A stretch of 64,000 nt of DNA from Eledone cirrhosa. Taxonomy: Eukaryota. The notes under the pieces are model-generated. The model did not search any database. It was not told the DNA's origin and saw only the letters and a program-made list of their open reading frames with translations. The stretch covers positions 63,612,001 through 63,676,000 of the forward strand of contig OZ024741.1 of the NCBI GenBank assembly GCA_964016885.1. Reading direction: 5' to 3'. A program made the position numbers and the translations under genes. Below, piece by piece: positions 31,761 to 45,300 of the stretch (its first letter is position 1; each line of letters starts with the position of its first letter).

Positions 31761-33399
31761 ACAAAAAAAAAATTAAGCGAGGACTTACCTTATAAATGTT
31801 GAAAATAAAACACAAGTTATAAGTGATATTCGAACTCTTTCTTTGTATACTTGGAAGTTATAAACTGCCTATATTCACTACTTTGTTGTTAGTGTTTATC
31901 GGTTGAAATCGATTCTGTTTGTTTTAATCTAAGACTGAGTTTATTTAAGCCACCGCGAAAATTTGTTTTCCTTATCGTGTCTTTCGTTGTTTTAATGACA
32001 GTAAATAAACGTGTTATGTTACTGAGAGTTGTGTTATATACCAATATACCAGTGAAGTATTGGAGGGGGGGGGGAGTGATTCTTCTCTCCCACTTTCCCT
32101 CTTTCTGGGTTGTACTAGTAATGCAAAAGGTCCAAATTGAGAATTTACCTTGCTAGGTACACGTGTCTGAAGATTATTCAATCGCTTACGCGTTAATTTG
32201 ACGAGTAGGAGAAATTCAACTAAATGTTCATCGCCGAGACTGGCGGAGAATCCACCACCGTGTGTAGGAGTTGATATCTGTATTATTTACCTATGTATGT
32301 GACTATGCTAGCGCGTGTTGGTTAACGTGTGTAGATAGATCTATGTGGGTGTGTTGTCGGTTATAGGTGTCTAGATATGTGTTTTGCGGCCTAAGTTCAC
32401 GTGCTTATATTAATATATATTGTTTTATTTTGTTATTTTCCCGTATATTGAAATATTTAACTGCTATATATATATATATCTATATATATAATTATATATA
32501 TATATATATATATGTATGTGTATATGTGCGCTCGTGTGTTGCGTGTATAGTTGCTAACGTGAGTTTATTTATTATATATGTGTATGTGTATAAATACAGT
32601 TATGCCTCCTAACATACATATGTTCGTGTATATTTCACTTAATGTTTATTAGAAGAAACAGGAAGATAACACAATTCGTATAGGTGTGTGCTATCGTGTT
32701 TTACAAACTTTTATATACATGCAGTCTCGTGCGTATATTTGCAGATATGCGCTTCTGTTTAAAAACAAGTGTGTTTATACTTCAATATTTGCGTGTCAGT
32801 ATGTGTTGCTGTCTTAGTGAGGTTTTGACATAAGCATGTTATGTATGAATATGTTTCTGTGTTTTAATTTGGGAGAATCTTCTTTTGCCAATGTTTATCT
32901 ATGTATACGAGATTACATATGTACGTATTTATATGTAAGTATGTGTATGTATATATAAGCTAATATTTCTTTGTTGATATAAAGTTTTATTTGAAACTAT
33001 GTACGCTTGGAGGACCTAGAAGTATACGGGTCTTTATAAGTGCGACTCGTCTCTGTTAGTCTTTATTTTAACAGTGGTTTATTTTGAAAATGCCTTACTA
33101 TAGAATGTGTGTGTGTGTTTTCAATTTTCAGGTGCGTATGTACGTGTCCGGGTAAATTTATATATATATCTGCTTATGTGTTTCTTCTATAAGTGAAATC
33201 GCTTGAAAGAGCATAAGTATGGGATATGCATGTGCGTATGTTTGTATGTATGTGTGTTTATTCAGCTGTGTCTGTGTGTCTGTGTATGTATGTTGAAATG
33301 TTAAAAAAAAGATAAGTCCGCGCAACTGTGTTGGATGGAAAGTTGTCACATCTATGTGGGACAAGAGACTTGAGTGGTTTGACAGCGTTCTGCTTGATG

Positions 33400-36300
33400 C
33401 TATTGTTATTATTGGAAGAGGTGGTGGTGGTGTAAAGTGAGGGAGGTGGTGAAATACTGTTGGTGGTGGTAGTTGTGGTGATAATGGTAGTGGTGGTGGT
33501 GCTGGTGATAGTGGTAGTTGTGGTGGTGGTGAAATATTGTTGGTGGTGGTGATAATGGTAGTGGTGGTAATAGTGGTAGTGGTGGTGGTGGCAGTGGTGG
33601 TAATAGTGGTAGTGGTGGTGGTGGTGGGGAGAGAGATACTAATGGATGTCGGTTCTCCTCATGTAATGGGTTTTGATGCTTACACGTGATGGGAGTGGTC
33701 GAGGTGGATGCCGTAGTGGGGTGATGGTGGTGGTGAAGTCTGTGTTGTCTGTGTTGTGGCTGTTGCTGTTGTTTTTAGTGGTGGAGGGAGGTGTTGGTGG
33801 TCGTGGTGGTAGTAGTAGTGGTAATATGGTGATGGTTGTAGTGCTGCTGTTGTATGTGTTGAAATTGTTGTGGTTGTTGTTGTTTTGGTCGTAGGGGGTG
33901 TTGGTGGTGGTAGTGGTAGTAGTAATATGGTGATGGTTGTGGTGCTGCTGTTGTTTGTTGCTGGTGCTGCTGTTGTCTGTGTTGCTATTGTTGTGGTTGT
34001 TGTTGTTTCGGTGGTAGGGTTGTTGATGGTGGTGGTAGTGGTAGTGGTAGTAGTAATATGGTGATGGTTGTGGTGCTGGTGGTGGCGCTGTGTTTCGCTG
34101 CTGCTGTTGTGCGTATTGTTGTTGTTGTTGTTGTAGTAGTGTCATATGTTGTTTTTGTTTGTGGTGGTTGTAGTATTGGTGCTGATATGGTTATGGCGTT
34201 GTTCTTGTTATTATTGTTAGTGGTGGTGGTGGTTGTGGTGATGGTGCTGGTTGTGCTGGTGGTTGTTGTTGTGGTGATGCTGGTTGATGTTGTTGTGGTG
34301 GTGGTTGTTGTGGTGATGCTGGTTGATGTTGTTGTGGTGGTGGTTGGTGTTGTGGTGCTGGTGGTGGTTGTTGTGGTGGTGATGCTGGTTGATGTTATTG
34401 TGGTGGCGGAGTTGTTTGTTGTTGTTGTGGTGGTGATGGTGGTGTTGCTGGTTGTTGTGATGGTAGTGGTGGTGCTGTTGTTTGTTGTTGTTGTGGTGGT
34501 GATGGTGGTGTTGCTGGTTGTTGTGATGGTAGTGGTGGCGGTGTTGTTTTTTGTTGTGGTGGTGGTGGTGGTGTTGCTGGTTGTTGTGATGGTAGTGGTG
34601 GTGCTGTTGTTTGTTGTTGTTGTGGTGGTGATGGTGGTGTTGCTGGTTGTTGTGCTGGTAGTGGTGGCGGTGTTGTTTTTTGTTGTGGTGGTGGTGGTGT
34701 TGCTGGTTGTTGTGATGATAGTGGTGGTGGTGTTGTTTTTTGTTGTGGTGGTGGTGGTGGTGGTGCTGGTTGTTGTGATGGTAGTGGTGGTGGTGGTGTT
34801 TGTTGTTGTTGTGGTGGTGATGGTGGTGTTGCTGGTTGTGTTGTGGTGGTGATGGTGCTGGTTGCTGGTTGTTGTTGTGCTAGTGGAGTTGTTGCTGGTT
34901 GTTGTGATGGTAGTGGTGGTGGTGGTGTTGTTTGTTGTGGTGGTGATGGTGCTGGTTGATGTTGCTGTTGTGGTGATAGCGGTGGTGGTGTTGTTTGATG
35001 TTGTGGTGGTGAGGGTGCTGGTTGATGTTGTTGTGATGGTAGTGATGGTGTTGTTGTTGTTGTTGTGGTGGTGATGGTGCTGGTTGCTAGTTGTTGTGAT
35101 GTTAGTGGTGGTGGTGTTGTTTGTTGTTGTTGTGGTAGTGATGGTGCTGGTTGTTGGTGTGATGGTAGTGGTGGCGGTGTTGTTTGTTGTTGTTGTGGTG
35201 GTGATGGTGGTGTTGCTGGTTGTTGTTGTGGTAGAGGTGGTGGTGTTGTTTGTTGTTGTTGTGGTGGTGATGGTGGTGTTGCTGGTTGTTGTGATGGTAG
35301 TGGTGTTCTTTGTTGTTGTTGTGGTAGTGGTGGTGGTGTTGTTTGTTGTTGTTGTGGTGGTGATGGTGCTGGTTGATTTTGTTGTTGTTGCAATGGTAGT
35401 GGTGGTGGTGGTGGTGTTTGTTGATGTTGTGGTAGTGATGGTGGTGTTGCTGGTGGTTGTGATGGTAGTGGTGGTGGTGTTCTTTGTTGTTGTTGTGGTG
35501 ATGGTGGTGTTGTTGGTTGTTGTGATGGTAGTGGTGGTGGTGTTGTTTGTTGTTGTTGTGGTGGTAATGGTGGTGTTGCTGATTGTTGTGGTAGTGGCGG
35601 TGGTGTTGTTTGTTGTTGTTGTGGTGGTGATGGTGGTGTTGCTGGTTGTTGTGATGGTAGTGGTGGTGGTGTTGTTTGTTATTGTTGTGGTGGTGATGGT
35701 GTTGTTGCTGGTTGTTGGTGTGATGGTAGTGGTGGCGGTGTTGTTTGTTGTTGTTGTGGTGGTGATGGTGGTGTTGCTGGTTGTTGTTGTGGTAGAGGTG
35801 GTGGTGTTGTTTGTTGTTGTTGTGGTGGTGATGGTGGTGTTGCTGGTTGTTGTGATGGTAGTGGTGTTCTTTGTTGTTGTTGTGGTAGTGGTGGTGGTGT
35901 TGTTTGTTGTTGTTGTTGTGGTGGCGATGGTGCTGGTTGATTTTGTTGTTGTTGCGATGGTAGTGGTGGTGGTGGTGGTGTTTGTTGATGTTGTGGTAGT
36001 GATGGTGGTGTTGCTGGTTGTTGTGATGTTAGTGGTGGTGGTGTTGTTTGTTGTTGTTGTGGTAGTGATGGTGCTGGTTGTTGTTGTGATGGTAGTGGTG
36101 GTGGTGTTGTTTGTTGTTGTTGTGGTGGTGATGGTGCTGGTTGATTTTGTTGTGTTGCGATGGTAGTGGTGGTGGTGGTGGTGTTTGTTGATGTTGTGGT
36201 AGTGATGGTGGTGTTGCTGGTTGTTGTGATGGTAGTGGTGGTGGTGTTCTTTGTTGTTGTTGTGGTGATGGTGGTGTTGTTGGTTGTTGTGATGGTAGTG

Positions 36301-39300
36301 GTGGTGGTGTTGTTTGTTGTTGTTGTGGTGGTAATGGTGGTGTTGCTGATTGTTGTGGTAGTGGCGGTGGTGTTGTTTGTTGTTGTTGTGGTGGTGATGG
36401 TGTTGTTGCTGGTTGTTGGTGTGATGGTAGTGGTGGCGGTGTTGTTTGTTGTTGTTGTGGTGGTGATGGTGGTGTTGCTGGTTGTTGTTGTGGTAGAGGT
36501 GGTGGTGTTGTTTGTTGTTGTTGTGGTGGTGATGGTGGTGTTGCTGGGTGTTGTGATGGTAGTGGTGTTGCTGGTTGTTGTTGTGGTAGTGGTGGTGGTG
36601 TTGTTTGTTGTTGTTGTGGTGGTGATGGTGCTGGTTGATTTTGTTGTTGTTGCAATGGTAGTGGTGGTGGTGGTGGTGTTTGTTGATGTTGTGGTAGTGA
36701 TGGTGGTGTTGCTGGTTGTTGTGATGTTAGTGGTGGTGGTGTTGTTTGTTGTTGTTGTGGTAGTGATGGTGCTGGTTGTTGTTGTGATGGTAGTGGTGGT
36801 GGTGTTGTTTGTTGTTGTTGTGGTGGTGATGGTGCTGGTTGATTTTGTTGTTGTTGCGATGGTAGTGGTGGTGGTGGTGGTGTTTGTTGATGTTGTGGTA
36901 GTGATGGTGGTGTTGCTGGTGGTTGTGATGGTAGTGGTGGTGGTGTTCTTTGTTGTTGTTGTGGTGATGGTGGTGTTGTTGGTTGTTGTGATGGTAGTGG
37001 TGGTGGTGCTGTTTGTTGTTGTTGTGGTGGTAATGGTGGTGTTGCTGATTGTTGTGGTAGTGGCGGTGGTGTTGTTTGTTGTTGTTGTGGTGGTGATGGT
37101 GGTGTTGCTGGTTGTTGTGATGGTAGTGGTGGTGGTGTTGTTTGTTGTTGTTGTGGTGGTGATGGTGTTGTTGCTGGTTGTTGGTGTGATGGTAGTGGTG
37201 GCGGTGTTGTTTGTTGTTGTTGTGATGGTGATGGTGGTGTTGCTGGTTGTTGTGATGTTAGTGGTGTTCTTTGTTGTTGTTGTGGTAGTGGTGGTGGTGT
37301 TGCTGGTTGTCGTGATGATAGTGGTGGTGGTGTTGTTTGTTGTTTTTGTGGTGGTGATGGTGGTGTTGCTAGTTGTTGTGATGGTGGTGGTAGTGGTGTT
37401 GTTTGTTGTTGTTGTGGTGGTGATGGTGGTGTTGCTGGTAGTTGTGATGGTAGTGGTGGTGGTGTTGTTTGTTGTTATTGTTGTAGTGGTGGTTGTGTTG
37501 CTGGTTGTTGTGATGATAGTGGTGGTGGTGTTGTTTGTTGTTGTTGTGGTGGTAGTGGTGGCAGTGTTGTTTGTTGATGTTGTGGTTCGTAGTGCTGATG
37601 TTGCTGGTTGCTGTGAGGGTAGTGGTGGTGGTGTTTTTTGTTGTTGTTGTGGTGGTAGTGGTGGCAGTGTTGTTTGTTGATGTAGTGGTGGTAGTGCTGA
37701 TGTTGCTGGTTGTTGTGATGGTAGTGGTGGTGTTGTTGTTTGTTGTTGTTGTGGTGGTAATGGTGATGTTGCTGGTTGTTGTTGTGGTAGTGGTAGTGGT
37801 GTTGTTGCTGGTTGTTGTGATGCTAGTGGTGGTGGTGTTGTTTGTTGTTGTTGTGGTGGTGATGGTGCTAGTTGATGTTGTTGTTGTGATGGTAGTGGTG
37901 GTGGTGGTGTTTTTTGTTGTTGTGGTGGTGATGGTGCTGGTTGGTGGTTGTTGTGATGGTAGTGGTGGTGGTGGTGTTGTTTGTTGTGGTGGTGATTGTG
38001 CTGGTTGATGTTGCTGTTGTGGTGATAGCGGTGGTGGTGTTGTTTGATGTTGTTGTGGTGGTGAGGGTGCTGGTTGATGTTGTTGTGATGGTAGTGGTGG
38101 TGGTGTTGTTGTTGTTGTGGTGGTGATGGTGCTGGTTGCTAGTTGTTGTGATGTTAGTGGTGGTGGTGTTGTTTGTTGTTGTTGTGGTGGTGATGGTGCT
38201 GGTTGTTGTTGTTGTTGTGATGGTAGTGGTGGTGGTGTTGTTTGTCGTTGTTGTGGTGGTGATGGTGCTGGTTGATTTTGTTGTTGTTGCGATGGTAGTG
38301 GTGGTGGTGGTGTTTGTTGATGTTGTGGTGGTAATGGTGGTGTTGCTGGTTGTTGTGGTAGTGGCGGTGGTGTTCTTTGTTGTTGTTGTGGTGATGGTGG
38401 TGTTGTTGGTTGTTGTGATGGTAGTGGTGCTGATGATGTTTGTTGTTGTTGTGGTGGTAATGGTGGTGTTGCTGGTTGTTGGTGTGATGGTAGTGGTGGC
38501 GGTGTTGTTTGTTGTTGTTGTGGTGGTGATGGTGGTGTTGCTGGTTGTTGTTGTGGTAGAGGTGGTGGTGTTGTTTGTTGTTGTTGTGGTGGTGATGGTG
38601 GTGTTGCTGGTTGTTGTGATGGTAGTGGTGTTGCTTGTTGTTTTCGTGGTGGTGATGGTGGTGTTGCTGGTTGTTGTGATAGTGGTGGTAGTGGTATTGT
38701 TTGTTGTTGTTGTGGTGGTGATGGTGGTCTTGCTGGTAGTTGTGATAGTAGTGGTGGTGGTGTTGTTTGTTGTTATTGTTGAAGTGGTGGTGGTGTTGCT
38801 GGTTGTTGTGATGGTAGTGGTGGTGGTGTTGTTTGTTGTTGTGGTGGTGGTAGTGGTGGCAGTGTTGTTTGTTGATGTTGTGGTTCGTAGTGCTGATGTT
38901 GCTGGTTATTGTGATGGTAGTGGTGGTGCTGTTTTTTGTTGTTGTTGTGGTGGTAGTGGTGGCAGTGTTGTTTGTTGATGTTGTGGTGGTAGTGCTGATG
39001 TTGCTGGTTGTTGTGATGGTAGTGGTGGTGGTGTTGTTTGTTGTTGTTGTGGTGGTAATGGTGATGTTGCTGGTTGTTGTTGTGGTAGTGGTAGTGGTGT
39101 TGTTGTTGGTTGTTGTGATGCTAGTGGTGGTGGTGTTGTTTGTTGTTGTTGTGGTGGTGATGGTGCTAGTTGATGTGGTTGTTGTGATAGTAGTGGTGGT
39201 GGTGTTGTTTTTTGTTGTTGTGGTGGTTATGGTGCTGGTTGCTGGTTGTTGTGATGGTAGTGGTGGTGGTATTGTTTGTTGTTTTTGTGGTGGTGATGGT

Positions 39301-42300
39301 GCTGGTTGATGTTGTTGTTGTGATGTTTGTTGTTGTTGTGTTGTTTGTTGTTGTTGTGGTGGTGATGGTGCTGGTTGATGTTGTTGTGATGGTAGTGGTG
39401 GTGGTGGTGTTTGTTGTTGTTTTGGTGGTGATGGTGGTGTTGCTGGTTGTTGTGATGGTAGTGGTAGTGGTGTCGTTTGTTGTTGTTGTGGTGGTAGTGG
39501 TGGTGCGTTTGGTTGTTGGTGTGATGGTACTGGTGGTGGTGTTGTTTGTTGTTGTTGTGGTGGTGATGGTAGTGTTGCAGGTTGTTCTGATGGTAGTGGT
39601 GGTGGTGTTGTTTGTTGTTGTTGTCGTGGTGATGGTGGTGTTGCTGGTTGTTGTGATGGTAGTGGTGGCTGTGTTGTTTGTTGTTGTTGTGATGGTGGTG
39701 TTGCTGGTTGTTGTGATGGTAGTAGTGGCCGTGTTGTTTGTTGTTGTTGTGGTGGTGATGGTGGTGTTGCTGGTTGTTGTGATGGTAGTGGTAGTGGTGT
39801 TCTTTGTTGTTGTTGTAGTGGTGATGGTGCTGGTTGATGTTGTTGTGATGTTAGTGGTGGTGGTGTTATTTGTTGTTGTTGTGGTGGTGATGGTGGTGTT
39901 GCTGGTTGTTGTGATGGTAGTGGTGGTGGTGTTGTTTGTTGTTGTTGTTGGTGGTGATGGTGGTGTTGTTGGTTGTTGTGATGGTAGTGGTGGCCGTGTT
40001 GTTTGTTGTTGTTGTGGTGGTGATGGTGGTGTTGCTGGTTGTTGTGATGGTAGTGGTGGCTGTGTTGTTTGTTGTTGTTGTGGTGGTGATGGTGGTGTTG
40101 CTGGTTGTTGTTGTGGTAGAGGTGGTGGTGTTGTTTGTTGTTTTTGTGGTGGTGATGGTGGTGTTGCTGGTTGTTGTGATGGTAGTGGTGTTGCTTGTTG
40201 TTTTCGTGGTGGTGATGGTGGTGTTGCTGGTTGTTGTGATGGTGGTGGTAGTGGTATTGTTTGTTGTTGTTGTGGTGGTGATGGTGGTCTTGCTGGTAGT
40301 TGTGATAGTAGTGTTGGTGGTGTTGTTTGTTGTTATTGTTGTAGTGGTGGTGGTGTTGCTGGTTGTTGTGATGGTAGTGGTGGTGGTGTTGTTTGTTGTT
40401 GTTGTGGTGGTAGTGGTGGCAGTGTTGTTTGTTGATGTTGTGGTTCGTAGTGCTGATGTTGCTGGTTGTTGTGATGGTAGTGGTGGTGGTGTTTTTTGTT
40501 GTTGTTGTGGTGGTAGTGGTGGCAGTGTTGTTTGTTGATGTTGTGGTGGTAGTGCTGATGTTGCTGGTTGTTGTGATGGTAGTGGTGGTGGTGTTGTTTG
40601 TTGTTGTTGTGGTGGTAATGGTGATGTTGCTGGTTGTTGTTGTGGTAGTGGTAGTGGTGTTGTTGCTGGCTGTTGTGATGCTAGTGGTGGTGGTGTTGTT
40701 TGTTGTTGTTGTGGTGGTGATGGTGCTAGTTGATGTTGTTGTTGTGATAGTAGTGGTGGTGGTGTTGTTTTTTGTTGTTGTGGTGGTTATGGTGCTGGTT
40801 GCTGGTTGTTGTGATGGTAGTGGTGGTGGTATTGTTTGTTGTTTTTGTGGTGGTGATGGTGCTGGTTGATGTTGTTGTTGTGATGTTTGTTGTTGTTGTG
40901 TTGTTTGTTGTTGTTGTGGTGGTGATGGTGCTGGTTGATGTTGTTGTGATGGTAGTGGTGGTGGTGGTGTTTGTTGTTGTTTTGGTGGTGATGGTGGTGT
41001 TGCTGGTTGTTGTGATGGTAGTGGTAGTGGTGTCGTTTGTTGTTGTTGTGGTGGTAGTGGTGGTGCGGCTGGTTGTTGGTGTGATGGTACTGGTGGTGGT
41101 GTTGTTTGTTGTTGTTGTGGTGGTGATGGTAGTGTTGCAGGTTGTTCTGATGGTAGTGGTGGTGGTGTTGTTTGTTGTTGTTGTCGTGGTGATGGTGGTG
41201 TTGCTGGTTGTTGTGATGGTAGTGGTGGCTGTGTTGTTTGTTGTTGTTGTGATGGTGGTGTTGCTGGTTGTTGTGATGGTAGTAGTGGCCATGTTGTTTG
41301 TTGTTGTTGTGGTGGTGATGGTGGTGTTGCTGGTTGTTGTGATGGTAGTGGTGGTGGTATTGTTTGTTGTTTTTGTGGTGGTGATGGTGCTGGTTGATGT
41401 TGTTGTTGTGATGTTTGTTGTTGTTGTGTTGTTTGTTGTTGTTGTGGTGGTGATGGTGCTGGTTGATGTTGTTGTGATGGTAGTGGTGGTGGTGGTGTTT
41501 GTTGTTGTTTTGGTGGTGATGGTGGTGTTGCTGGTTGTTGTGATGGTAGTGGTAGTGGTGTCGTTTGTTGTTGTTGTGGTGGTAGTGGTGGTGCGGCTGG
41601 TTGTTGGTGTGATGGTACTGGTGGTGGTGTTGTTTGTTGTTGTTGTGGTGGTGATGGTAGTGTTGCAGGTTGTTCTGATGGTAGTGGTGGTGGTGTTGTT
41701 TGTTGTTGTTGTCGTGGTGATGGTGGTGTTGCTGGTTGTTGTGATGGTAGTAGTGGCCGTGTTGTTTGTTGTTGTTGTGGTGGTGATGGTGGTGTTGCTG
41801 GTTGTTGTGATGGTAGTGGTAGTGGTATTCTTTGTTGTTGTTGTAGTGGTGATGGTGCTGGTTGATGTTGTTGTGATGTTAGTGGTGGTGGTGTTATTTG
41901 TTGTTGTTGTGGTGGTGATGGTGGTGTTGCTGGTTGTTGTGATGGTAGTTGTGGTGGTGTTGTTTGTTGTTGTTGTGCTGGTGATGTTGCTGGTTGTTGT
42001 GATGGTAGTGGTAGTGGTGTCGTTTGTTGTTGTTGTGGTGGTAGTGGTGGTGCGGCTGGTTGTTGGTGTGATGGTAGTGGTGGTGGTGTTGTTTGTTGTT
42101 GTTGTTGGTGGTGATGGTGGTGTTGTTGGTTGTTGTGATGGTAGTGGTGGCCGTGTTGTTTGTTGTTGTTGTGGTGGTGATGGTGGTGTTGCTGGTTGTT
42201 GTGATGGTAGTGGTGGCTGTGTTGTTTGTCGTTGTTGTGGTGGTGATGGTGGTGTTACTGGTTGTTGTGATGGTAGTGGTGGCCGTGTTGTTTGTGGTTC

Positions 42301-45300
42301 TTGTGGTGGTGATGGTGGTGTTGTTGGTTGTTGTGATGGTAGTGGTAGTGGTGTTCTTTGTTGTTGTTGTGGTGGTGATGTTGCTGGTTGATATTGTTGT
42401 GATGGTAGTGATGGTGGTGTTATTTGTTGTTGTTGTGGTAGTGATGGTGGTGCTGCTGGTTGTTGTGATGGTAGTTGTGGTGGTGTTGTTTGTTGTTGTG
42501 GTGGTGGTGATGTTGCTGGTTGCTGTGATGGTAGTGGTGGTGGTAGTGGTGGTGGTGTTCTTTGTTGATGTTGTGGTGGTGATGGTGGTGTTGCTGGTTG
42601 TTGTGATGGTAGTGGTGGTGGTGTTGTTTGTTGTTGTTGTGGTGGTGATGGTGGTGCAGCTGATTGTTGGTGTGATGGTAGTAGTGGTGGTGGTGTTTGT
42701 TGTTGTGGTGGTGATGTTGGTGTTGCTGGTTGTTGTGATGGTAGTGGTGGCGGTGTTGTTTGTTGTTGTTGTGGTGGTGATGGTGGTGTTGCTGGTTGTT
42801 GTGATGGTAGTGGTGGTGGTGTTTGTTGTTGTTGTGGTGGTGATGGTGCTGTTGCTGGTTGTTGTGATGGTAGTTGTGGCAGTGTTGTTTGTTGTTGTTG
42901 TGGTGGTGAGGGTGTTGTTGCTGGTTGTTGTTGTGGTAGTGGTGGTGGTGTTGCTGGTTGTGTTGAAGGTAGTGGTGGTGGTGTTGTTTGTTGTTGTGGT
43001 GGTAATGGTGGTGGTGTTGTTTGTTGTTGTTGTGTTGGTGGTGGTGGTATTGCTGGTTGTTGTGATGGTAGTGGTGGTGTTGTTGTTTTTTGTTGTGGTG
43101 GTAGTGGTGGTGGTAGTGGTGGTGGTATTGCTGGTTGTTGTGATGGTAGTGGTTGTGGTGTTGTTTTTTGTTGTGGTAGTAGTGGTGGTGTTGTTGGGTG
43201 TTGTGATGGTAGTGGTGGTGGTGGTGTTTGTTGTTGTTTTGGTGGTGATGGTGGTGTTGCTGGTTGTTGTTGTGGTAGTGGTAGTGGTGTTGTTGCTGGT
43301 TGTTGTGATAGTAGTGGTGGTGGTGGTGTTGTGGTGGTGGTGATGGTGGTGTTGCCGCTTGTTGTTGTGGTAGTGGTGGTGGTGTTGTTTGTTGTTGTGG
43401 TGGTGGTGAGGTTGGTGTTGCTGGTTGTTGTGATGGTAGTGTTAGTGGCTGTTGTTGATGTGGTGGTAATGGTGATGTTGCTGGTTGTTGTAATGGTAGT
43501 GGTGGTGGGTTTTTGTTGTTGTTATTGTGGTGGTAGTGGTGGCAGTGTTCTTTGTTGATGTTGTGGTGGTGATGGTGGTATTGCTGGTTGTTGTGATGGT
43601 AGTGGTGGTGGTGTTGTTTGTTGTTGTTGTCGTGGTAATGGTGATGTTGCTGGTTGTTATTGTGATAGTGGTAGTGGTGTTGTTGCTGGTTGTGGTGATG
43701 GTAGTGGTGGTGGTGTTGTTTGTTTTTGTGATGGTAGTGGTGGTGGTGTTGTTTGTTGTTGTTTTGGTAGTGATGGTGCAGGTAGATGTTGTTGTTGTGA
43801 TGGTAGTGGTGGTGGTGTTGTTTTTTGTTGTTGTGGTGGTGATGGTGGTGTTGCTTGCTGTTGTTGTAGTAGAGGTGGTGGTGTTGTTTGTTGTTGTTGT
43901 GGTGGTGATATTGGTGTTGCTGGTTGTTGTGATGGTAGTGGTAGTGGTGTTGTTTGTTGTTGTTGTGGTGGTGATGGTGTTGTTGCTGGTTGTTGTGATG
44001 GTAGTGGTGTTGGTGTTGTTTGTTGTTGTTGTGGTAGTGGTGATGGTGTTCCTGGTTGTTGTGATGGTAGTGGTGGTGTTGTTGATGTTGCTGGTTGTTG
44101 TGATGGTAATGGTGGTGGTGTTGTTTGTTGTTGTTGTGGTGGTGATGTTGGTGTTGTTGGTTGTTGTGGTGGTAGTGGTGGTGGTGTTGTTTGTTGTTGT
44201 TGTGGTGGTGATGGTGTTGTTGCTGGTTGTTGTGATGGTAGTGGTGTTGGTGTTGTTTGTTGTTGTTGTGGTACTGGTGATGGTGTTCCTGGTTGTTGTG
44301 ATGGTAGTGGTGGTGTTGTTGATGTTGCTGGTTGTTGTGATGGTAATGGTGGTGGTGTTGTTTGTTGTTGTTGTGGTGGTGATGGTGGTGTTGTTGGTTG
44401 TTGTGGTGGTAGTGGTGGTGGTGTTGTTTGTTGTTATTGTTGTAGTGGTGGTGGTGTTGCTGGTTCTTGTGATAGTAGTGGTGGTGGTGTTGTTTGTTGT
44501 TGTTCTGGTGGTGACGGTGGTGTTGCCGGTTGTTGTTGTGGTAGTAGTGGTGTTTTTGTTTGTTGTCGTGGTGGTGGTGATGGTTGTGTTGCTGGTTGTT
44601 GTGATGGTAGTGTTAGTGGTGTTGTTGATGTGGTGGTAGTGCTGGTGTTGCTCGTTGTTGTGATGGTAGTGGTGGTGGTGTTGTTTGTTCTTGTTGTGGT
44701 GGTAATGGTGATGTTGCTGGTTGTTGTTGTGAATGTGGTAGTGGTGTTGTTGCTGGTTGTGGTGATGGTAGTGGTGGTGGTGTTGTGGGTTGTTGTGTTG
44801 GTAGTGGTGGTGGTGTTGTTTGTTGTTGTGGTGGTGATGGTGCTGGTTGATGGTTGTTGTGATGGTAGTGGTGGTGGTGTTGTTTGTTGTTGTTGTGGTG
44901 TTGATGGTGCTGGTTGATGTTGTTGTGATGGTAGTGGTGGTGGTGTTGTTTGATATTGTTGTGGTGGTGATGGTGGTGTTGCTGGTTGTTATGATGGTAG
45001 TGGTGGTGGTGTTGTTTGTTGTTGTTGTGGTGGTGATGGTGCTGGTTGATGTTGTTGTTGTGATGGTAGTGGTGGTGGTGTTGTTTGTTGCTGTTGTGGT
45101 GGTGATGGTCGTGTTGCTGGTTGTTGTCATTGTAGTGGTGGTGGTGGTGTTTGTTGTTGTTGTGGTGGTGCGTTGGTGTTGCTGGTTGTTGTGATGGTAG
45201 TGGTGGTGGTGTTCTTTGTTGTTGTTGTGGTGGTGATGATGGTGTTGCTGGTTGTTGTGATGGTAGTGGTAGTGGTGTCGTTTGTTGTCGTTGTGGTGGT

